The notes under the pieces are model-generated. The model was not told the DNA's origin. It searched no databases and saw nothing but the letters and a program-made list of their open reading frames with translations. A stretch of DNA of 64,000 nucleotides from Octopus sinensis (taxonomy: Eukaryota). Below are positions 1-13,250 of the stretch, in pieces. Numbering within the stretch: the first letter of the stretch is position 1; each line of letters starts with the position of its first letter. The position numbers were made by a program, and so were the translations under genes. Where the stretch lies: NCBI RefSeq assembly GCF_006345805.1, contig NC_043002.1, forward strand, positions 48,050,001 through 48,114,000. Direction: 5' to 3'.

Positions 1-950
1 TTGGGAATCTCTACTGAATTTTTGTGCATATTTGTCTTTCCAGAATTCTACTGCTTGAAATCCTGATCCATGGATATTTGTGTAGAGGCTGGTTATGTCA
101 AAGGTAACAAGGATTGTCTCTTTATTCATTCTGGAATATGGTTTAGGAAGTCTGATGAAACTAGGAATTAATTTGCATGAAAGTTTCAAAATGATGTCAA
201 GTTGCTTAATCATTGGGTGCTGGATGCTGGTTCTGCAGCAATTGAATGTAATTTTAGATTAGAGGATTTGGGGATATCTATATATGGTGTATAGAGGCTT
301 TTTTAGCAGTTAATGATTTCTTTAGATTTATGGAGTTTTTGAAGTACATAGAACTTACTTGTTTTTGCCTCAAAATTAGTGAGGTAATCCAACTTCTTTT
401 TTTGGTGAGTCATTTTAAAATTCATTAATTTACCAGTTTTACTCATTGTTCATTTATCTGCATTGGTATCTAATTTTTTGAAATGTTGGTCATTTAATTG
501 TTCTAAGACCATTTCCCAGCAATGAGTCTTGTCCATTATTACAATGGCTTCTCCTTTGCTGGATTCTATAATGATCATTCAGGAGTGTTTTTGTAGACAT
601 CTCAGTGATTTTTGTTTTTCATTTGTAATGTTTGATTTTATCTGGCTTGGAATATTTGAGTTTGCAGATCTTTTTAGACATTATATATTCCTCTAAGTGT
701 TTATTCCTGTTTATCAGAGCTTTAAATCCTGTTTAATCTGTCACAAGTGATGGATTTCCATAATATTTGTTTTGGAAGAATTTTTGTAGACAAATTTTTT
801 TAGGAAATTCCTCAGTATCTTTTATAAGATCTGTCATGATTGGTTTGGGACCTGGTGTAAATGTTTGTCCATATTCCAGAAGTTTTATTCGTTTTGGACC
901 AGTTGGTCCAATATTTTCTTTGGGGGATATTCCTAATATTGTTATTTTTA
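1..950 (-). mobile_element. Penelope-like element (PLE), N-terminal half of RT, decayed
   Basis: Minus-strand frames give KLLEYGQTFTPGPKP..DLIKDTEEF, KGEAIVIMDKTH.WEMVLEQLND and ETILVTFDITSLYTNIH.GFQAVEFW, which match PLE RT motifs (LLxKGLxFxPTP, ADKGxxxVxM, SFDVxSLYTNIP). Many stops and frameshifts; runs off the window edge. Confidence 0.7.
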
Positions 951-1500
951 TTGTGGTTGAATATAATCGATCCTATATTGGGAGGCAGCTATTGCTAACT
1001 TTAACCATATTTATATTGAAGATCTTAAGATATTTTGTGAATGTGAGAAGTGGTTATCTATTAGTTTTAGGAATTTTCTAGCTATGTTTGTAGCTCCATT
1101 CAAATTATATGGGAGATTGTACCATAAAATTTTCCTCTACCTGCATCTTCATGGTCTATCTTCATTTGGTTCAGTGTAATTTATGCTATTCTTAAAGTTG
1201 GACCTTTCTAATGTGGCATTGTAGTATGGGGCAACCTTGTTGAAAGTGACTTAATCAGAGGATAGGTTGGAAATGTATCTACTAATGTTATTAATTAATT
1301 GTTTTATGATTGACAGTGGGTGGGAGGTTGGAACCTATGTTGATGTAGGAAGCATCCACATTTGGTTTATGGCAGGATTTAAAATTGCCTGCACTAAGGT
1401 TCATGTTAATACCAAGGAAATTCACCTCTTCAAGGTCAGTGTTAATTGTAGTTCTTAGATTTAGTTGGCTAAATATTTTGCATAATTTTTTTTTATCCTA
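950..1500 (-). mobile_element. Penelope-like element, RT C-terminal/thumb fragment (different subgroup from 1-950)
   Basis: IKKKLCKIFSQLNLRTTINTDLEEVNFLGINMNL, SNLPP, FNKVAPYYNATLERS, RKILWYNLPY..ATNIARKFLKLIDNHF, KVSNSCLPNIGSII match PLE NFLDVTLNL/SNHPP/IIWFNPPY motifs. Confidence 0.7.
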
Positions 1501-1989
1501 TCCATGTTCTGTTCATCTTTGTATCACTACCATTTAAGTAATTTCTTTCATTTCTACCATTCTATGTAAACATATCAGCCATGAGGAAATATTAACTTGC
1601 ATGAAAACAGATGAGGTTTAGCAACAGGAAGGGCATCCAAAGGAAAAAAATCTGGGCCAATAAATTTCATCAGACCCAAGAAAGCATGAAAAAGGAGAAG
1701 CAAAAAGAATTATGATATATATAACGTTGCTATTATGTTAAACTGTTGTATGTCCAAATTTGGGCAAATGCATTTTTTTAATATTCATATTTGCTTTCAA
1801 TAGCTGATTCTTTTGGTCAAACTATCATATCTCCAGCTGCTTCAGATATCAATAATTATCAAAGTTTAGTACAATGGTTTTGCTATGGAATGGTGAAACC
1901 ATTTGTTTCATTTTCTGAAAAAGCAGCATTTTGAACTTATGACGCTTTTGCATAATAGCAACAACACACACACACATATATATATATAT

Positions 1990-2450
1990 TCTCAAAGAAA
2001 ACCAGGGCAGAATGGAAGGCATTTAACTCAATAAAGGGTGAACTCCTAACAAAGCTGACAATGTCATATGTGCCAGACTATTTAACAGCACTGTCCTACC
2101 TGCACTCTTATACACTAGTGAGATGTGGGTTACTAAGAAAAGGATAGAACATTGACTGGCTAGAACACAAAGCACCATGCTAGGAATATCATGAAGAGGG
2201 AGCATTCAAAATGAGATAATTTGAGAACAAAGTGGTGTGAACGATGTAATTGCAGAGTTCTGAAAACACAAGATCCATTGGGCAAGATATGTGACAAAGT
2301 TCACAGACAACAGACAGACATGTGGAACAGCTGAGTGGTATTCATGACATTGAAAAAGGCCATCTGGAAGGTCTCCATGACGATGGGAAAGAATAGTACA
2401 ATAGAGACAGAATTGGAAGCACCTTGTAACCAGCAGCATATGACAGCATC
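1990..2450 (+). mobile_element. RTE-clade LINE 3' fragment
   Basis: RLFNSTVLPALLYTSEMW..MLGIS.REHIQNEII..SGVNDV..KIHWARYVTKFTDNR..RPSGRSP.RW, the RTE post-RT domain, with stops. Confidence 0.75.
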
Positions 2451-3334
2451 TATTGGTCTGATTGATACTGTGATATATATATATATATATATATAATATT
2501 ACCACATACACCATGTCATGTTTTAAATCCATAATCATAAATGAAAAATTGCTTAAATGATACAAAAATGCATATTTCCTTTAATGCTTAACAAATGCAT
2601 AGTGTTTCCAAAATTATTTCTTGTTGACTAAATTATACTTTATCAATAAGACAAATTGCCATAAATATACTTTAGAATGATATAATTGCATGGTTTTTGT
2701 TTATGTTCACTTGCCTTTTTTTATTGAATTATTTTATTCTTAAATTGCAGAAAGAATTTTGAAGTAATTTTTCAATTAAAGCAAACTGTTTCCTGTATCA
2801 AGATAAGATTCGATAATAATTTCTGCATTTGCTTGTAAAATTGCAGCACTGAACTGGTTTAAATCACAAGACACATAAATACACGAGAATGAACACAAAG
2901 CTATTAATTAGAAATAAAATATTTTCATGTTCCACAGACCAGTTAATAAATGTGAAAAACTAAGAAACAGCCAAAATGGTACTTAAAAGCATAGGCTTGT
3001 TACTTGTAATATTAAGCTTTTCCCCACATAAAATATGTTATATCATGGTACTTAAAGAATAGATATAAAAAATATTTCTGAAAGACATTGAGTATTCATT
3101 TATTTTATTTTTATTTTAATCTTCATTTTCACAGTGAAACACAAATGAAGTTCACACATAGTTTGATCAAAGTTAATTTTAACTTTGTTAGATAATGCAT
3201 AAAATCTGGGTCATTCCTGTCATAAACATTTTCCTGAATATGATTATGGTCATTCATTTTATCACTCTATGCAAGATGAGGAGTATAGTTGATCTCAGCA
3301 AAATGTAAAGATATTATGAAAATAGCGCAAATAA

Positions 3335-3725
3335 GGTTGTGTAGTTAAGAAGCTCACTTTGAAACCATGTGGTTTGGGGTTCAGCTCTATTGCAGAGCAC
3401 CTTGGGTAAGTGTTGTCTACTATAGTCCCAGATTGATCAATGGCATGTAAATGAATTTGATAGATGGGAACTTGGTGGAAACCTATTGTGTGTTTGTGTG
3501 TGTGTGTGTGTGTGTATTTGTGTTGTGTTTATCCCCACCTCACCACTTGACAATCACTGTTGGTTCAGTTATGTCTCTATAACTTAGTAGTTTGGCAAAA
3601 GAAACCTATAGAATAAGTACCAGGCTTATAAAAGTAAGTACTGGGGTCGATCTGTTTGACTAAACCTTGCACAGCAGTGCCCCAACATGGCCCTACTCCA
3701 ATGACTTAAACAAGTAAAAGATAAA
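3335..3725 (+). mobile_element. tRNA-derived SINE (composite type), decayed
   Basis: tRNA-like head, caccttgggtaagtg core, internal (GT)n, ataagtaccagg..actggggtcgat body and gtaaaagataaa tail shared with copies at 25040 and 39582. Confidence 0.7.
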
Positions 3726-3878
3726 GATTTATCTTGCATAGTCTGAAAGTAGCAATACTTTGTGCAGTTTTGCAATTTTTAAAAAATTCTTCTGGCTTAA
3801 CAAAACTTAAATTCCATCATATTCTCCTGAACCCAACATTAATATATTTTTCAATCATAAGTATTCACTATTAAGAAA

Positions 3879-3917
<39 letters not shown>
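3879..3917. repeat. (ATT)n microsatellite
   Basis: Direct reading. Confidence 0.95.
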
Positions 3918-4161
3918 GTTCTCATTTAATCACAAGCATTCACCAAGATTATAATTAATTAGATCTCACCAAATGTTAGCAAACAAGTGAATAAAATGCA
4001 TGAATCTAAAGCCAGTCATGGCAAATTCCATTCTACTAATTTGATATCACTTCTGATGAAAATTGTCAATTGCAGTTAACTAAAAAATTGACTACCATTC
4101 TGTCCAACAAATATATATATAAGATCTGCCCTCAACTTATAGAGAATTTCTGAACTGCTGA

Positions 4162-4378
4162 CCCTTTAGCATTTAAACAGGTCATATATGGCCCAAATTT
4201 TCTACCTGTTTTGTGTTCAAACCAGCAAGATCAGGTTTCTCACACCTACTATACAATATGATGCTAAAATAAACAATCACATTTTTGAAATCTCAATGTT
4301 ACAAGATAATACATGATTAATTCAAACCAATGTGAAAAAAAGGCCTACATTTGACAGAGTAATCTAAATGCTAAAGGG
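4162..4378 (+). mobile_element. ~215-bp MITE, piggyBac-like termini, copy 1
   Basis: TIR CCCTTTAGCATTTA...TAAATGCTAAAGGG; interior homologous to 5443 and 6122 copies; flanks are degenerate TTAA. Confidence 0.7.
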
Positions 4379-5083
4379 TTATAGTAAAATTTCACTCAAA
4401 ATTTATTTGGAGAAGACAGAAACATACTAGAAATGGTAAAATAATTATACTTAGACTATATGACACACGATTGAACAATAAACCATAACCATTATTCATG
4501 CCTCTTAAAATTCTTCTAAGTATAAATATTCCATTTTCACTCAAAATTATGTTTTTTGAAATATTGAAGAAGTTGTGTCTGTATTATTACATTTGACAAT
4601 TGTTTATCAAATAATATTGAAAACAAAAGATATATCAACAAATTACACAGTTAAGTTGAAAAGTTGCAATTTTTTAGCTAAAAGATTCTTTGAAAACTGA
4701 AATTATTTTACAGCTGTTTTTGAAGTGACTTCCAATTGAAAAATACAATAAATTAATATATTCAAGAAAGTTCTAAGAAATGTTATGGTTTCTATCAAAG
4801 AACAAATTATTTCAGAAAACACAAACAAAAATGTTAAACAAACAGTATATACTTAACAAAAATATTTCAAATTAGGATGACAGTCTTTTTGAAAATGATG
4901 CACTTTAAAATTAAAATCATTTAACAAATTTAGAATTCCTTCAAGCAAATTTTATCCTTCCATTTTGCTATGTGAACTATGTTATGTGTGCATCATTTTT
5001 TTTTCTCTCTTTTTTCTTCTTTACACAAATCTGGATATGATTTGTTGAAGTATATGATTTTCCAGCAGGATACATAGCCTTAC

Positions 5084-5116
5084 TTCAACCATTCAGTAGT
5101 GAAGTGGGAATGGTAT
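5084..5116 (-). CDS. Candidate 33-nt internal exon (xYHSHFTTEWLx) of the putative minus-strand gene
   Basis: Minus strand: ctctctttctcttgttgaaaatag|ATACC...TTGAA|gtaagg, open in phase 2-2. No homology recognised. Confidence 0.3.
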
Positions 5117-5442
5117 CTATTTTCAACAAGAGAAAGAGAGTTATGAACCTTTTGCTAGAGGCACAACTTATTTCATTATTTTCCTTTAAAATCATGGATT
5201 GACAGAATCAGTAGAGCGTTACACAAAATGGCTTACAGGATGAAGCTGTTCTATTTAAGTTTTGAGTTCTTATCACAGAATTGTCAGTACTAACTGACAT
5301 TGTTTGATTGTCAGTTACTACCAAAATTTGTGACTTTGTCTCTATGATGCAAACAATTATCATTGTTGGATGGCAGAATCAGTAGATTACCATATGAGTT
5401 GCTTTGATGTATTTAGTCATACCTCTGTTGCTCTGAGTCTAA

Positions 5443-5643
5443 CCATTTAGCATTTAAACCAGTCATATCCAGCCACAATATTCTACTTATCTTAAGTTCA
5501 GCCTGATCAGATCCAATTTCTAACACATACCCCACAATGTTATTCTAAAGCTAAACAATTACATCATTGAAATTTCAAAGTTATAAGATAAAGCATGATT
5601 AATTCAAAACAAGGTGAATAAATAAGCATTAAATTTTAAAGGG
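5443..5643 (+). mobile_element. piggyBac-like MITE copy 2
   Basis: ccatttagcatttaaacc...ttttaaaggg followed by TTAA. Confidence 0.65.
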
Positions 5644-6121
5644 TTAAATATAACTGATGTCACCTTTGCATTTTGTCCCTCCATGTTCTACAAAGCAATT
5701 ACTAATTGAATGTAAGTGGAAATGAGTGAATAAAGCAACTATTCTCTTCCAATCAAATATGTGGTGATTTATCAATATAGGAAGTCATTTATAACGTTTG
5801 AGTAGTTAAGAAGCCCACTTCACAACTATATGGTTTTATGTTCAATCAGGCTCTTCCGTACCTTAGATAAACATCTTCCACCAAAGTTTGAGGCACTACA
5901 TTTCTGGTATCTGATATACCATCTACCTAATGGGGTTTTCTTATTCACTTATTAACCAACTTTAATCTGTTCTATTATTTATTTAAAAATTTCAAAAATT
6001 AGAAAAAAAGAAAAACGGTTATTTGTACATAGAATTTGACATCCTCCAGCCTTGTTAGAAAGAAGAGTTCAATCTTGAATCAAAACTGAGACTTTCTAAT
6101 GCTATATTTAAATAACTTTAA

Positions 6122-6336
6122 CCCTTTCAGATTACTTTGTCAAAGGTGATGCTTATTTATTCATATTTTTTGAAAATTAATCCTTTACTATCTTGTAGCT
6201 TTGAGATTTCGAAGATGTGATTGTTTATTTTTAGAATGACATGGCATGGTAGATATGAAAAATTGGATCTTGCCAGTTTGAACATAAAACAGGTAGAATA
6301 TTTGGGCTGGATGTGGTCAGTTTAAATGCTAAAGGG
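6122..6336 (-). mobile_element. piggyBac-like MITE copy 3 (inverted)
   Basis: TTAA|CCCTTT...AAAGGG|TTAA with a perfect TTAA TSD; interior is the reverse complement of copies 1 and 2. Confidence 0.75.
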
Positions 6337-7104
6337 TTAAAATATTTTACTATAAGTGGTTAGTAATAATTACTTCTTAAAGTAATAATTTTCTTGATAA
6401 CCTAGAAGTTTCCAATAACTTTAAAATATTAGTTTCCAGAAGTTTTAAAATTGTAATAGAATTTGGATATTATTAATTTTAAAATACATTATTTTTTAGA
6501 TAACTTAGGAATTAATTTTGAATAAGAATTTTAAGCATTATTTTATAACCAAGTTGTTATAGAAAACTTCTGAGATGAAAGCAAATATACTTTCAAACAG
6601 ATTAAATTTAAGCCATTAGTATAATAACTAACACAGACCTCTAAAAGTTTCTGATAATTAACAAAAAGATATTTAATTTGGAGTAATATTAATTAAGCAT
6701 AACATTGCAAAATGATCTGAACACAAATATCCATCATAATAATTAATTTTGTAAAATGAAATGAAGTTTAAAATTGATAATATAGTTTATTTGTAAGATT
6801 CTAAGATACTCTAAAAATAACAATTATTAAGACATATCAAAACGGATCAATACAAAAATGAAATTTTAAAAAATGAGATGATTTGAATTAAGTAAAATGA
6901 CTAGAATTTGAGAAGATTGGTGCTGCTGCATATCAGCAAGAGTATAAGATAAAGACTATGTTCTAAATATCAAATAATTTTCCTTGCGTTACATATTTTT
7001 TCCATTTAATATTGATTGCTAGTATTCAGTAATTTACTTAAACAAACCCCATTTGTGAACTATATAGATGTATTTTCATAGTCAATTTCTATTTTGTAAA
7101 CTTA

Positions 7105-7685
7105 AGGCAAAATTGATGTTGGAAGAATTTGAACTCAGAACGTAAATATAGACAAAATGTCATTAAGCATTTTGCCTGGTATGCTAACAATTCTGCTAGC
7201 TTGCCACCTTACACACAGAACTAATACTGGTTACAAATTTTGGCACAAGGCCAGCAATTTCAAGGACAGGGGGAAGATTGATTACATCAATCCCTGTCTT
7301 CAACTTGTGCTTATTTTATTAATCCTGAAAGTTGAAAGGCAAAGTTGACCTTGGTGGAATTTGAACTCAGAAAATAAATATAGACAAAATGTTGCTATGC
7401 ATTACACCTGGTATGCTAACGATTCTGCCATATTGCCACCTTGCACACAGAACCAATACTAGTTTCAACTTTTGGCACAATGCCAGAAATTTCGGGGAGG
7501 GGCTGGCTAAGTCAATTAGATCGACCCCAGTGCTGAACTGGTACTTAATTTATTGACTCCAAAAGGATGAAAGGCAAAGTTGACCCTGGCAGTATTTGAA
7601 CTCAGAATATAAAGATGGACAAAATACCTTTAGATATTTTGCCCTGCATGCTAATGAGTCTGCCAGCTTGCTTTCTTATGCACAG
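7105..7685 (-). mobile_element. Three tandem tRNA-derived SINE copies, CpG-decayed
   Basis: Repeated aaggcaaagttgacc..gaatttgaactcagaa..gctaacgattctgcc..gccacctt blocks; same family as 31855 and 39780. Confidence 0.75.
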
Positions 7686-8654
7686 AACTAATATTGCTTA
7701 AGAAAATTGCTTACATTTTGCATTTATAATCCGCTTTATACTTTCATTTATAAACCTTTCATAATCATACACTTCCAGTTGTTGTGGTGATAAACTTTTT
7801 GTGTTGTTAATGATAATTAGAAGAATGAATCCATTTCAAATGGAACAAAATATGAAAGAAAATTAATGCAAGGTCAAACATGATTTATGTCTTAGAATTT
7901 AATTTTATAACAGAGGATATTAACCCTTCATATATTTCTAATTTGTATTTACCAAAAGTAATTTTACAATATTCTAAGGAGATTTCATGTTCCTTATTTT
8001 ATATTTATTCTGACACAATTACTTACAATATAAACATTGATTTAAATTCTATACAAATTTTATAAATTTACTCAACAGGGCACAGCAAACATATCTTCTC
8101 TGATGTTTTAAGAGCAATCTCAATGTTGAAGTGTATTTATTATGTTTGCAAATTAAACTAACACAAACAGGAAGGTAAATAAGAGAAGAACTAGAAGTGA
8201 AAAAAATTGATAACATAACAGCATAGCTGTTAGACAGAGTAACGGAAGTGAAAATTTCAATGTGAATGCCTATATATTATATATTCAAAAATTAATGACA
8301 AAAATGCAAATAGTCAAAATAACTTAATAACCAAGTGTAAATACATAAAAAAGCTTGAATTGAACTGAAAACAAAAGAATGAAACTGAAGGAAGGAATCA
8401 TAGAAAAATGTAATTAGAGATACAGTTTATTTAAATGTAGAACTGAAATTGATGATTCAATGAAAAGTGTGTGTATGTATGTAATATATAACACATATAC
8501 AGATAGATATACATATGTGTATATGTGTGTATGCATATATATATGTATATGTTATATATGTATGTATATATATATGTGTGTGTGTATATATGTATGTATG
8601 TATATATATTAATATATATATGTATGTCTGTATTAATAAATATATATATATATA

Positions 8655-9003
8655 CTAGCTGTTGGACCCGACATTGCTCATGTTTTCTGTGTTGAAGTTA
8701 AGCTCACCTCTGACCTTGTATTGAATAAGCATTTCCTTAGAGACTATTCTATCGATTTTGTTGAAATTTTACAGGTGAAAAAAAGCAAAAACTGCAGGAA
8801 AAATAACATCATTATGGAAATTTCCATTCAAATGCCAACTGAGCATTATCGAGTTTTCGAAAAATTCTGGCCTTATTTGAACTTCAGGGCATGTGATAAA
8901 CCTGTGCCAAAAATCATTAAATTCTATTGGATGGTGTGGGAGGAATCAGAGTAACCCCAAACACACAAACAGACAGACACCATTACACATTTATGTATAT
9001 AGA
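8655..9003 (-). mobile_element. Non-autonomous Helitron
   Basis: Minus strand starts A|TCTATATACATAAA..gtctgtctgtttgtgtg and ends gagcaatgtcgggtccaacagCTAG|T (degenerate 3' hairpin plus CTAG), inserted in an AT site. Confidence 0.65.
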
Positions 9004-9041
9004 TGTCTGTATTTATTTATATATATATATATGTTTATATT

Positions 9042-9316
9042 ATAATTAGGGATCAGCAAACGATTTGCGTCACCACATACTGAAGTTTAGAAATAGCAGT
9101 CAAATTCTTGGCTATTCTTTCTACTTTAAAGGGAGATCCCAGAGAAACCGAAGCACTCAAAAGCAAACCACGCAGGTAGAAGGGAAAAAAAGATGAAAAT
9201 CATTCTATAATAAGTTATTATAGAATGATTAAAGTAGAAAGAATAGCCAAGAATTTGACTGCTATTTCTAAACTTCAGTATGTGGTGACGCAAATCGTTT
9301 GCTGATCCCTAATTAT
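9042..9316. mobile_element. Young MITE with ~87-bp near-perfect TIRs and an internal 33-bp palindrome
   Basis: Arms attagggatcagcaaacg...ctactttaa and ttaaagtag...cgtttgctgatccctaat differ by one T; inner aatcattctataataa-g-ttattatagaatgatt. Confidence 0.75.
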
Positions 9317-9423
9317 TTAGTATTACTTAACTTACCATGAATTGGTCCTTTACATGCTGAATTCTACTTGGTGAAATTAATGATTACTTCGTAATTAATT
9401 AATTTCACCCTTTTGTTATTACT

Positions 9424-9461
<38 letters not shown>

Positions 9462-9465
9462 GTAA

Positions 9466-9508
<43 letters not shown>

Positions 9509-9509
9509 A

Positions 9510-10259
9510 GGTGCGTAAGGTATTTGAGGACATGTTAATTTTACTATGCCAGTATATTTATCAACTTAGTATTTTCTGCATTTCAGAATTATTAATGGTA
9601 GACCCTATGATTACACAAGAAATGAAGAGGCATGCAGTCATCAATGGTTATAAAGGCTGAACATGGCAATTCAGAAGTAGCATAATTTTTAAAAGTTGCG
9701 AAATCCTTCATCTACAAAATTCGCAGGATTTAGAGGCTAAAGACGGAAATGTGTTGCCAGTATCAAAATGTAAGAAACATTGTAGATGCACTGAAATTAT
9801 TAGAACACCAGAATTTATTCAAAAAGTAAAGCAGACCATTGATGACAATCCTAGATGACCCATGAGGTTGATTGCAAAAGAACACCATTTTGTCAGAGGG
9901 AACAATCTGAAATGTCCACAAAAACATCAGATACAAATTATATGCAATGAGAAAAGGTCATTTCATGTCAGAAACAAATCTAAAAGACTCCTGAACAAAC
10001 TGAAAATCTCGGCAGACATCAATGTCACTTGGTTCTTCTCAGACAAAACTTTGATCAAGATCAGAACTTAAACAGAAGAAATGATAGATGGCTATGTACA
10101 GACCCAAAAGTAATGCATGCAAAATTTCCTGCAACTGTTTTGGGGGTTGTCAGCAATGAAAAACATGTGATGCCTCCTCACTTCTTACCACAAAGTCTTT
10201 GAGTAAACTCTGCTGCCTACATAGATGTTCTGAATACAGTAGTTAAGCCATGGATCAAT

Positions 10260-10262
<3 letters not shown>
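9510..10262 (+). mobile_element. Tc1/mariner transposase fragment, maT (DD37D)-like, truncated
   Basis: RTPEFIQKVKQTIDDNP, KRLLNKLK, WFFSD(E)K, RNDRWLC, KFPATV.GVVSNE.HVMPPHF, VNSAAYIDVLNTVVKPWI across frames. Second and third catalytic Asp are absent, so the subfamily call rests on motif similarity only. Confidence 0.7.
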
Positions 10263-10318
<56 letters not shown>

Positions 10319-10928
10319 CATAGCAAAAATTTAGATTCAGATGAATTAGGTACTTAAGTTGAAGCACCAGAATTTAGTATGGTATTATCCAAACAATTTC
10401 AAAGTAAGGTGATTAACATCAAAATAAGCAACAAGATATCCAGAGGTAATACAGTATGATCATTTCATGCGACTCCATTTAATTGAACAACGCAACCATT
10501 ACATCAATTTAAATACAGAGCAATCCTCAGCTGCATAAATACATAGAATTAAATTAAATCAAAACAGATGGACAGATTAGTATAATTTTACCTAAAACCT
10601 CCAAGAAGGTAAGGAGATAGACTAAGATCATACTGTCTTCACTTCAGCTTAGAAACTACTCTTAGAATCATGCCAAACCAGATGGGTGCCAGACGTAGCC
10701 CCTGGCTTGTTGGCCCCTGTCAAACTGTCCAACCCATGCAAGCATGGAAAGCAGACATTAAATCATGATGATATGCATATATATATATACATACATATTT
10801 ATATACATACACATATATATTTATTTATATATATATATATACATACACATATATTTATATACATACACACATGTATTTATATACATACACACACACATAT
10901 ATATATATATATATACACACACACATAC

Positions 10929-10962
<34 letters not shown>

Positions 10963-12069
10963 AGTTTTTTATTCTCTCTGTTTATTAGATATTCAGATTA
11001 TAATAATCAATAGATAATTTGAATGTATTATTTCAGATTTAAATAAACTCTAATGATTATAAGTGGGTCTGTTTACTTCTGTCATGTTTGTGTAGTTTAT
11101 CATTACTTATACTTTAAACAAGTTCTCAAATAATTAAATCTGTACAGTGTTAAAACTCGCATAAATTTTTGAGGCTATATCCAGACAGTTTTGACCAAAA
11201 CAGGCTCATAACTAATGACATGGGTAGGAAGTTAAATCACCTATATGCTTCCACAGACTTTTATTACACAATATTTCCTCATAAAGAAAAAGACTTGTTT
11301 ATAATGTATAAATAATGCATTCCACAACAGCTTTTTGCATTAGACAAAATTGACAATTAGATGAGAAGGTAAATTAACTATATATTTGTACAGACTCATT
11401 TACACGTTCCTGTATCCAATATGAATAAGCAGATATTTATTCTCAGAAATAGATAAAATATTTCAAAACAGCTTTTCTTTTTTTTGTCATCACAGATTTG
11501 CAAACATCTAAATTGCTATACAGGTATAAGTTAAAAATTTATATATATATATGTACTGTTGCATTAACCCTCAGCAATCACATATTGACATTTATTCCTT
11601 TTTTCCATGGCATGTAAAAGAGATGAAATACATATTAAGCTATTAAGTACAAGTAAATCTAGTTTCATGTGATGTCGCAAGTGCTATTAAAAATAAGGAG
11701 TATGGAACTAAATGTAAAATGGATTACCTATCAATTTCATTGATAGGTATATAATGTTTCAGTCAGTGTACTATATATCTAATGCCAACCAAAAGGTATA
11801 AATTTGAAATATCTACAAACTTGGCAATATCTTTGATATTGGTATGGCTTGCTGCATGACAGAGTTTTGTATGTGTTATATGCCTATTACATTTTTAAAA
11901 CCATATGTGTACAGATTAAAGGTGTAGCTGATTATCAATTGGAGTTATTAAAACATTGCCTATGTTGATTAAAGGAATTTCAAAAAGATTCAGCAGTTAA
12001 TTCTACCCATAGAAAAGATGTATTTAGGAGAGTTAAGTATTAACTATTGTGCAAAATATTAGGATTTTA

Positions 12070-12400
12070 CCAAGGTATTTCTGTGTAAATACCCGTGTCT
12101 AACACCCGTGGACATGTTTAAAAAGTCAGAAAACAGCACAGCTCCAATGACTTTCAGAAACATCTTTTCCCGCTAAGAGTTGCTGAAGTATGGAACTAAC
12201 TGCCAGCATCAGTTGTTAGTTGTCAGAGCACTGCATCTTTCAAAACTTCCATGCTTCCTGAGATTCACCAACACTACACCTGATTTTCTCTCCATACACA
12301 TGCAAGCATGTATCTGACTCATACACTGTTCACTTTCCAGACATGTGTACATTACTGCATGTGCTTTATATGCACTTTTGACAAGTTGTGGTGCACCCAA
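12070..12400 (+). mobile_element. CR1/L2-clade LINE 3' end
   Basis: NTRGHV.KVRKQHSSNDFQKHLFPLRVAEVWN.LPASVVSCQSTASFK matches TRGH..KL..RKHFFSNRVVNxWNxLP. Confidence 0.65.
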
Positions 12401-12469
12401 GCACTGTATACAATAATTTCATTATTATTTATTATATATAAATAAGAATAAATATCTTTCATATTGTGA

Positions 12470-13250
12470 AAACTTGAGAGTGGTTGTAAATGAAATTTTT
12501 GTCATCGTGCTTGAGAACTTTATGGCTGTGTAAATTGTTTATTTAAAGAAAATTTCTATGATGACGGATATATGTATATTGTAGGATTGATTATATCACA
12601 CCATTTTTCTTTTCTAGCATGTGGCTGGGGGATTCATGATGTTCTGATAGTATGGTGGGTTTTTTTCAGTGAATCCATTTGTTCTTCCTGCCTTATGGTA
12701 ACAGTACAAATTGCCCGTGAAAATTTCTTCATTGGAAGATAATTTGGAGGTTTAAAGGGATATATTTCTAATTTATTAGTGGCATTTTTGGGGGTGGATA
12801 AGTAATCCTCAATATACTGTAATTTTTCTGAAGACTATTTATGAAAGCAGTGAATTGATTTATCTAAGTTAAGGGTGACGTCTAAAAAAATAATTAGATT
12901 TCATAGTCTTCCAGGGTAACTTTGAATCCGAATTCTCAAAAGAGTTTGTAGATATTCCTTTGATAGCTGAAATTCTGGAGCGCAATATGCCCATTATCAT
13001 CAGGATAAATCACCAGATATTATAAGGGTATCCACATGAAATGACTTCAGTATTAAAAATCCATTTGGTAGTTCACTTCTGTTGAGTTTATCATTCTCAT
13101 AGTCACATCAAAGAGTTCACTAATTTGTTTTTTATCCATGGAACATTACTGATGAATAGAATGGATTTTCTAGCACGAAAAATTATTTCTCTATCATTAA
13201 GTTATAGTAAAGTTTATAGCAGCATTAAGGTTAGATTTAGTGATAGGTAG
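12470..13250 (-). mobile_element. Penelope-like RT fragment, decayed
   Basis: REIIFRARKSILF..PWIK, LFDVTM, FGFKVT, YFLDVTLNL on the minus strand; same subgroup as 950-1500. Confidence 0.6.

Noticed and set aside
767-1081. 104-aa plus-strand ORF
   Set aside because: Antisense shadow of the Penelope-like fragments.
2770-2905. Minus-strand open frame LCSFSCIYVSCDLNQFSAAILQANAEIIIESYLDTGNSLL* after a plausible acceptor
   Set aside because: Could be a terminal exon, but several overlapping frames look equally plausible and there is no homology; not supportable.
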